A stretch of 64,000 bases of DNA, from sequence record DRR378314_1378. One strand, written 5' to 3'. Of the stretch, positions 59,001 to 64,000 are shown piece after piece. Under the pieces are notes generated by a model. The model worked only from the letters and a program-made list of their open reading frames with translations. It was not told the DNA's origin and searched no databases. The translations under genes were made by a program, and so were the position numbers. The stretch's first letter is position 1. Each line of letters begins with the position of its first letter.

Positions 59001-60154
59001 CTGACGGCCAAACAACTTACACATGGATTGCCTACAGCGACAACGCCAGCGGTTCGGGGATGTATCAAATCCCTAACAGCAATACTAAGTACATTGGTAT
59101 TGCGGTAAATAAAATCACTGCTACGGAGTCAACAAACCCCGCAGATTATACCTGGTCTTTATCTAAGGGGGCTGATGGTGCAGATGGTCGTAATGGTACA
59201 GATGGCCAAAATGGTCGTGATGGAAATGATGGCGCAAATGGCTCCCGTGGTGCGGGCAAGTATGAAGTGGCTACATCAACAGGTGCGTGGTCAGACGCCA
59301 CAGCGAACAACGCGCTGCCCGATGGCATCCCTGTTGTTGGTGACATTGTTAATATTTTAAAAGCCAGTGACCCAACGGTCGAAACCGCTAAAAAATACAA
59401 TGGCTCAGCGTGGGTCGCGTATACGTTAATCGTCAACGGTAACAGCCTGTTTAAAGGCTCAGTCGATGGTGAGGCATTCAAAGCGAACACCCGCATTGAA
59501 TCACCACGTATTGATTTGATAGGTGGCGCATTTATGAAAATTGAACTCGCCAGCGGCTTTGGACCCGATAATTTGTGGTACTGGTACGGGCCTAAAATCA
59601 TGAGCAATGGGCTACCCCACCTTTCGGCTCTGCGTAAATCTAACGCTCTTGAATGGAAAGACACCGCAGGAAACGCGTATTTTGGTGGCGCAATCACAGC
59701 GGGCATATTAAGTACCGCACTGAGTACAACCAGTCTATCGTCAACAGCCAGCGTAGTTATTGGCCCATTTGGTAGTAACGGCGGTGTGGTTGATATTGTG
59801 TGCTCGTTATTAGCCACATCACGAGGAACAGGAAGGTCGGATAACCCGCCAGGCCCACCGAGCGCTCCCGAATATACCATACACCTTTATGAGCAAATTA
59901 GTGGTCAATGGGTAAGCCGCAAGATGCAGTCCTACACAGGTACCACTTACTATGATGATGGTTACGACTTTGAATCAAGGAAATATCTTTGGATGGCCAG
60001 TCAATCTTGCTCGGGATCATTTACTTACACAGATAACAAACAAACCACCGTCGATCGAATCTATAAATTAGCTATCACCCGTCGCACAGGTTTCATAACT
60101 TCCGCGTCATATTCACCGACACAGAAATTAACTTTAGTATCTCAAGAGGACTAA
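53015..60154 (+). CDS. Giant central tail fibre / host-specificity (lambda J-like) protein with FN3, internal repeats and collagen-like segments
   Basis: Start MSKVV; N-terminal tail-tip domain (VWDPR, AAINVCDE, YTTNG); FN3-like YNFRVRSVN; G-X-Y runs near 58700-59260. Confidence 0.85.
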   Translation: MSKVVDTVVNVVDDVFDYTGLGALWDSLAPDLPENDLATLGQGLQKGIDQPRRITFGRDRVGGVIAHQAEVEKGDKKWMQLIVLINGAAIDALEEIYIADKRLSEYPSESWDYSLSDGRQTTANTKAVAKMAGWTSEHVGFGQSYIFIEIENNREVFEDGISDMGFLIRGARVWDPRDTSQDPDDESTWLWSQNAVLCALHYVRFYGAYEVPFSRLPLQWWIAAINVCDEEAEFTDAEGVVTTEPRYTTNGSFTFSTKPIEVLNQLEACFAGKIFRQMGQWYVRVGAWYGNPTYTINQDDVHGNIKIKWHADLRDRANVVRATFTDPQQNYDRTDAPPVVSDGYQTIDNQVLEKSISLPFVRSSTTAQRLATIHLEQTRLGEIELPLKHKGLAAAVGRTVLLNLPNESINNKIYRVIERRFRLDGGVTLMCIEDGPDLWADNIIPGAQDLTPNSDYLVGKPQPIFDVRVTIDGDGNGVIKWNHPTPLAVNEYDIEFINTAANEPVFKTSVTYTQVTIPNLQLGEYTARISAKNIFGQRSLLVAVQFSVLTPTLPTVYVTADYNQITLTAEIAAAGIGTAFEWEFLGTAAQPHNGERILAQIYNRIGLQSETEYNFRVRSVNHLGASDWVNVTATTTTVDLTEYINELPLTKLSEEAQTLIADIDAQVDRLRPETENNLPSLIAKNINAITGLAEKVQVIDAENPNNLQQQLADSNSKINDLERVTEVLDASIDDSLPALIKLNNIAIEQQRLAQQDMSLSLLNVTGAYTNWRNEYERRSLNNERLIDAAVYVDPDTGTIINRAYAIAEESFNSATVMIEGVNSKITLASQQIQQSQNRLSQAEATLLVQSAQINQKATFAEVDGQIAGALAALQPAYSWQFNTGNEGFDPDSHNAQGYIVVTTQISSPVISYNADENPMFRLRIRKHAGATWKGDIKFNGGTTTLHLPEPTSNEFETLTLDATGAAGYTGTITSLEFDLGPCDIDFIEVGKRGANDLALADITSRTTELEQDINAATGIMGQYATTAWVNALGYQTQSNVQTLIDSFNAQYSIATTLQEFAANNTIVKANTAQLWIDASDAIIKSQVISVLNSEDGVNQRISSAEQSIDAMAGEISQSITQVAGLALDVKDQSLSDILNEYNQLIQNNELAAQSVSLAIANQKLTAVTDDIKSLATQTLELAGLYGQNAAFLTSLNSAFANEATARSTTERELRAEIINEGTRSIAQANERLEATVGYCIDADGNRVDEADALACIAAGHEWIAGPLVELINNYTAVFVGAQGYQTAANVQQFISTFDGQYGITSLIQTINEEGTVLDAKEAKQWIDSSNGTIENVITQYVNKPNGINDNIAFAYDLIQANADEISASATAQQQLSARMDNAEADINTLDAVIVTEQQARASMGAQLRIEFQTQDLAMLATANEYTRAVTGYCVDANGERVDQDDAVQCELDGHTWVDGPAVQRAVEIGAAWVTLQGYQTQSNVSQLLDTFNATHQISATLQEFNDNNTITKANNAQQFLNGKDAYFETRITAFNAADGGVDAKFSDVSQRLDAAEGSLSTSIVQIQGLEQSQQFNDLNEVIAAYNQLLDNKELSELKIKAAFANEKLQAQTSELDSIAQQQLELAALFESNNAIITSVSSAFANQYQASVVRDQRYQATFDNVTARFSDVTTAIATIDEANTLRDIEFESFVADTIASFDEVSETFASQNQAFSTLQQTLTAKIEADTEGAKDTAIATAQEYTRTAVGYCLNAQGQITSENDAVKCVADGGSWVQGPLAEYIANLQISDGENSASIKQLRQLFTTVDGKLVARGGWTLDNNGRVTGIAGYNDGVLASIDIVGDIIRQGAMVEGTFVPTSYVDNSDPLKPQHVIRGRLVLGDGHEVKNLEDIKAQDGADGKDGKDGIDGQNGATGPQGIPGPKGVDGLSTYTWLKYADNANGSGLSNLPTNKQYIGFAYNKTTPTESTNPADYKWSKIKGEDGANGTDGVPGAKGADGQTTYTWIAYSDNASGSGMYQIPNSNTKYIGIAVNKITATESTNPADYTWSLSKGADGADGRNGTDGQNGRDGNDGANGSRGAGKYEVATSTGAWSDATANNALPDGIPVVGDIVNILKASDPTVETAKKYNGSAWVAYTLIVNGNSLFKGSVDGEAFKANTRIESPRIDLIGGAFMKIELASGFGPDNLWYWYGPKIMSNGLPHLSALRKSNALEWKDTAGNAYFGGAITAGILSTALSTTSLSSTASVVIGPFGSNGGVVDIVCSLLATSRGTGRSDNPPGPPSAPEYTIHLYEQISGQWVSRKMQSYTGTTYYDDGYDFESRKYLWMASQSCSGSFTYTDNKQTTVDRIYKLAITRRTGFITSASYSPTQKLTLVSQED

Positions 60155-60157
60155 ACC

Positions 60158-63100
60158 ATGGCAGCATTTACAGCTAGTCAAGCCAGCGTGACCAACGGCT
60201 CAAAAGTGGTCACAATCAACAGCGGTGAAAGCACCGCAAATATACGCAAAGGTGATTTTTTAGTTCTTGGTACCTTTTCCCCCGTGGAGATTTTACGCGG
60301 CTATGTCAGCACGGGGGGTGTGCAGTCGCTAGAGCTAATTAAAGCGTGGGACAGCGGTAATCAAAGTAACCAAAAAGCGATTGTGATACCAACAACGGTT
60401 GAGGTTCGTACCGCTGTTACGGCATTACAAAATGCTAACACCCTCGTAAATGATAATTTTGCAGCTATGCAAGACTGGCAAACAAAAACAGGCACCGTCA
60501 CATTTACAAACCAAGATGGCACAACATCGACCATTAAAACCCTCAAGCAAATGGAGAATGAAGCTAACGCCCAATTAGCAGAATATCACCCCTACCCATG
60601 GGCTATGCGTAAAGTAGAGTTTGAAGCTCTCCGATCAGCTAATAATGAAAAGTATGCTGCCAGTGGGTTTGTCCATAAGGGTAAAGCCAGAAGTAGTGCA
60701 TCAGGAGGTATCGCAGGTGATGGCCTATACTCTTATATAGCTGCCCCTGTAAATACGTTAAGGCTTGGTTGTAGTTCCGAGGTGTCGGATGCATTTGGTA
60801 AAAGTAAAAAATCAACAAGTGTGATTTCTATTGCAGGTGTAGATACTCTATTAGATTCAATGTCAACGGCATTTTCTGGATATTGTTTTATAAAACTCCC
60901 TCCCGCTGAAGATGGCACACGCACGTATGATAGCGCCACAGGTATTCCAGTCACACACGCAACACCAGCAATCGCGTTTGCGAGCGAAACTGCGACCAAT
61001 AAAGTGGTTACAGATCGTGTAGATACGTGGGGATTTGAAGCCTTTTTACGTGAAATTAATGATGCTGACCCGTTTGTTTATGACTATGGCCTGATTCAAA
61101 GCCGCGCTACAAGTATCAATGGTGTGTCCACAGTTGATGATAATGTGCGCCCAATCACATATTTTGCGTGGTACGGGGGTGATACAACTAGTCGAGGTAA
61201 AGGTGTTAATTGGCAAACAGCTACTGAAGCACAACGTATAGCTATTGCAAGTGACCCTTCGAACAATATCTACTTTGATGATGCCACAGGCAAGTTTTAT
61301 CAATGGTGTATCCGTGGTCGCAGTTTTGCTGGTTTGGGAAATGGGGATTGGTCGAATACAGACGCAAGCGACCCTGCGTTGAATACTGGTTTACAATTTA
61401 ACAGCACCCTTTCAGTTGTTAAACCCCAAGGTATTAAAGATGCCGTAAATAAGTCGATTGCTAGTTATACCGATGACTTGATTGGTGATTTTTTAAATTA
61501 CAATAATAGTTTTATTCAAGCTGAGGGCTTTAAAAGCTCAAGAGGCACTTTTGCTGTAAGGGCGGGTACAATCTCCAATAATAACCAATACGCAGTAAAT
61601 GGTCAGTGCTACTTCCTCGTTTGCGGCACAGTAAATAGGCTAAACCAAGGAGCTTATCACCCTAGTTTAAACCCTTCAGGATCAAGAAAGTGGCGAGATG
61701 TCAAAAGTGGCGGACCTGTACTTAATGCATCTGACGAATGGCAAGGTATTGAGAACACGCAGTGTGTTCCTACCAAATCATCAGATGCTTTTAACGTGCA
61801 GCCAACAGGTGTGGTGCCTCAACCATCAGCATCATCAACTACGGGATTTATAGATGGACCCGCAGGCAGCGGCCGACCAGACGGCCGTTTCTATGATGCC
61901 ATCTACGCAAGCGGCCAAGGCGGTGTCTGTCGCGATATGCGTTATTCAGCGTGGGGTTTAACTAAAGAAGATTTTGCCGAAGCGGATTTAGCAATTAAAT
62001 CGGGTGAGTACCGAGGGCGTGAAACTTTGTTTAAAGTATGTTTTAAATTCGCCACTCCATTTTATTTTAGTAACTCTAATGTAGGTAGTAATGTTTATTT
62101 CAGAACTGAGGCAAACAACGCTGGGTCATTGTTTGACTTCGAAACTAATGGAATAACACGTCAGGCATCAGTAATAGTGTATCAACCACAAACAGGCTAT
62201 GTGGGTTATGGTGAACTTCATCCATCTACAGGACATATTAAGCTGTTAGGCCGTAAAGATAATCTATTAACTAAATCTAGCGGTTCATATACAGGAAACA
62301 TGACCAGACTGGATAGGTGTTATATTTTAGAAGTTGAGCCAGTCAGTAGTGTTGCTGGAGAGTTTACACATACTGAGGTTATAGGTGATCCAGCTAACAT
62401 CTTACAGTGTGATGCTTTAAAAGACGGATGGGTTGGAAGTTGGAATTCTAAAATACCTGATGGTTTGGGTGTAATGGATTCACCTTTCACATATCCTGTT
62501 TCAAAGAGTGACTCTGGTACTTACTCTCAAATAGGTAATGCAAATAATGTTTTAAGCTCAGGGGCTATGGGTATTGACATTACTAAAAATATCAACGGTG
62601 GAAGTTTGCTTAATACGTTAGACCGTATCGCTGTTTGTCACTATAAAACAAAAACAGGTATAACCAGAAACAGTGCTAATAGTGAAATTTACGGTGGCAC
62701 TGAAGGTATTGGTGGTGTTTTTATAACCCAAGGTTATTTAGAGTGGGCGGGAGTTGGTCTTGGTTATTCCCTAACTGGTAAGGTTTTAGATTCCACTGGT
62801 GATGGTAACAGCCTATTTTTCAACAACATCCCGTTGGAGGATTTTAAGATATACAATGGCAAGCTAGGGGGTTGGACAAGTAATGAAAAAGCCAACCCTA
62901 CCCATACTACCACCTACAATTTTGGACCTCCTGAGAATAGTCCCGTGGCTTTCAAAGCGCTAAGCTACAACGTAGCAGAAAACCAGCAAGGCTTTATTAA
63001 TTACGCATACACAGAGCTCACTCACAACGGCACAGATTGGGGTGATGATGGCAAAATTCACCTCGTAAATAATCAAACAACCATGCTCGATGAAAATGGT

Positions 63101-63166
63101 AATACTGTTTTAGTCGGCACAGCACAAATCGTAGAACCACTTGGGTGGATTAAAAATGACAAATAA
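60158..63166 (+). CDS. Side tail fibre / receptor-binding protein
   Basis: N-terminal ASVTNGSKVVT anchor-like motif; G/S/T/N-rich; follows the J-like gene. Confidence 0.7.
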   Translation: MAAFTASQASVTNGSKVVTINSGESTANIRKGDFLVLGTFSPVEILRGYVSTGGVQSLELIKAWDSGNQSNQKAIVIPTTVEVRTAVTALQNANTLVNDNFAAMQDWQTKTGTVTFTNQDGTTSTIKTLKQMENEANAQLAEYHPYPWAMRKVEFEALRSANNEKYAASGFVHKGKARSSASGGIAGDGLYSYIAAPVNTLRLGCSSEVSDAFGKSKKSTSVISIAGVDTLLDSMSTAFSGYCFIKLPPAEDGTRTYDSATGIPVTHATPAIAFASETATNKVVTDRVDTWGFEAFLREINDADPFVYDYGLIQSRATSINGVSTVDDNVRPITYFAWYGGDTTSRGKGVNWQTATEAQRIAIASDPSNNIYFDDATGKFYQWCIRGRSFAGLGNGDWSNTDASDPALNTGLQFNSTLSVVKPQGIKDAVNKSIASYTDDLIGDFLNYNNSFIQAEGFKSSRGTFAVRAGTISNNNQYAVNGQCYFLVCGTVNRLNQGAYHPSLNPSGSRKWRDVKSGGPVLNASDEWQGIENTQCVPTKSSDAFNVQPTGVVPQPSASSTTGFIDGPAGSGRPDGRFYDAIYASGQGGVCRDMRYSAWGLTKEDFAEADLAIKSGEYRGRETLFKVCFKFATPFYFSNSNVGSNVYFRTEANNAGSLFDFETNGITRQASVIVYQPQTGYVGYGELHPSTGHIKLLGRKDNLLTKSSGSYTGNMTRLDRCYILEVEPVSSVAGEFTHTEVIGDPANILQCDALKDGWVGSWNSKIPDGLGVMDSPFTYPVSKSDSGTYSQIGNANNVLSSGAMGIDITKNINGGSLLNTLDRIAVCHYKTKTGITRNSANSEIYGGTEGIGGVFITQGYLEWAGVGLGYSLTGKVLDSTGDGNSLFFNNIPLEDFKIYNGKLGGWTSNEKANPTHTTTYNFGPPENSPVAFKALSYNVAENQQGFINYAYTELTHNGTDWGDDGKIHLVNNQTTMLDENGNTVLVGTAQIVEPLGWIKNDK

Positions 63167-63791
63167 ATTAGACACTATTTTAGAGTTTATCGTCCTCGGT
63201 GACGAACAAGCCCCGGTTCTTAACGAGCAGGGTTTACCCACGCTCAAACAGGGGCCAATAGCCAAACCCTTAGACGGACTTATTGCCAAGGGCAAAATCA
63301 GCAACATTGGCATGTTTGCTGAGCTACAGGCACAAAAAGAGCAATGGGATTGGGCGCGTGATTACTACGATTATTTGGTTGAACTAAACCGAGTAACCGA
63401 GTTCAACGCCAATTTACCCAAGCCAGTGGCCCATGAAGATGGCACACTGACCAAAGTTGAGCCCCTACCAGAACCAACAGCGCCAGAGCGTCCCGCTCTT
63501 AAAACTGTTGAACAAGTGCTGGCACCGTATACTAAAAAAATTCAAAAGATGAAGGGGCTTGAGTTTAAGGACGTAAAGGTTTCGCTAAGCGAGACAAATC
63601 AAAATGGGTTGTCAGCTCTGAAGACGGCACTTGATTTGGCAAAAGAGTTTGGAGTAGAAGAACAGTTTTTTCCCATCAAATTCAATGCTGAAACATCAAA
63701 CGGAATTGAAGTTGTAGACTTGTTAAGTGAGACAGAGTTTAAACAGTTTGGTTTAAGTTTTATTTTGGCGCGAAAAGCATTCTTTAGTTAA
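63141..63791 (+). CDS. Tail fibre-associated/assembly protein
   Basis: Last gene, coupled to the fibre gene; ends ARKAFF. Confidence 0.55.
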   Translation: MGGLKMTNKLDTILEFIVLGDEQAPVLNEQGLPTLKQGPIAKPLDGLIAKGKISNIGMFAELQAQKEQWDWARDYYDYLVELNRVTEFNANLPKPVAHEDGTLTKVEPLPEPTAPERPALKTVEQVLAPYTKKIQKMKGLEFKDVKVSLSETNQNGLSALKTALDLAKEFGVEEQFFPIKFNAETSNGIEVVDLLSETEFKQFGLSFILARKAFFS

Positions 63792-63793
63792 AA

Positions 63794-63870
63794 TTTAAAA
63801 AAGGGTTTAAACAGTGTTTAAACCCTACCCTTTCTAAATGTAAGTAAACATCTTTTAAACAATGTTTAAA
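63794..63870. repeat. TTTAAA arrays at right end (includes hairpin AGGGTTTAAAC-AGT-GTTTAAACCCT)
   Basis: TTTAAA at 63794, 63806, 63817 and 63854, 63865. Confidence 0.75.
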
Positions 63871-63977
63871 TTTCACTGTTCATAGCTCAAAAAATACAAA
63901 AATAAAGCCTATTTAACATAATTTAGAGTGTTCTAAAATCTAGCGTCTTTTTTTCTAAATTCCTGCGGCGGCTTACA

Positions 63978-63982
63978 ATAGC
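63978..63982 (+). repeat. 5-bp target-site duplication ATAGC (right copy)
   Basis: Immediately follows the terminal CTTACA. Confidence 0.9.
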
Positions 63983-64000
63983 GATTAATCGCACCAATTG

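Larger units (their letters stand above)
19534..63977. mobile_element. Complete Mu-like transposable prophage, 44,444 bp, non-contractile tail
   Basis: Inverted termini TGTAAG-N12-TYTAGAA at both ends; 5-bp duplication; MuA/MuB, Ner, GemA, Mor, DUF935 portal and Mu-type head genes; no sheath gene seen. Confidence 0.95.

Noticed and set aside
59146-59880. 244-aa minus-strand ORF
   Set aside because: Antisense shadow of the tail-tip gene; the Pro-rich end mirrors the collagen Gly codons
60158-63791. Tail-fibre switching by Gin-type inversion or a diversity-generating retroelement
   Set aside because: No invertase, inverted fibre cassette, reverse transcriptase or template/variable repeat pair seen
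1-64000. tRNA, rRNA or CRISPR arrays
   Set aside because: None recognised by eye; tRNAscan-SE and Infernal would be needed to exclude them

Overview
This is an AT-rich gammaproteobacterial chromosome segment at the replication terminus; Pseudoalteromonas-like is my inference from gene content. It has three parts. (1) 1-6.5 kb holds ordinary host genes: the end of an M23 peptidase, a thioesterase, a transporter, a MoxR/DUF58/transglutaminase operon and a response regulator. (2) 6567-19511 is a complete-looking ~12.9 kb tailless double-jelly-roll prophage, syntenic with corticovirus PM2. It has no integrase and is bounded by two dif-like XerC/XerD sites sharing an 18-bp core. It carries a DUF3653/XafT-like gene next to the left site, an Mrr-like nuclease cargo gene, and a terminator/antiterminator leader in front of its early operon. 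(3) 19534-63977 is a complete 44,444-bp Mu-like transposable prophage with a siphovirus-type tail. Its ends are TGTAAG...CTTACA, flanked by a 5-bp ATAGC duplication, and it is inserted 22 bp from the right dif site. Its unusual traits are an in-frame MuA-MuB fusion ORF with an internal RBS for MuB, a genome split into two divergent arms around a central cargo island, six arrays of TTTAAA with ~11-bp period at both ends and internally (some inside genes), and a perfect XerD arm inside its right end. All protein assignments come from motif recognition and synteny by eye; no database searches were run.
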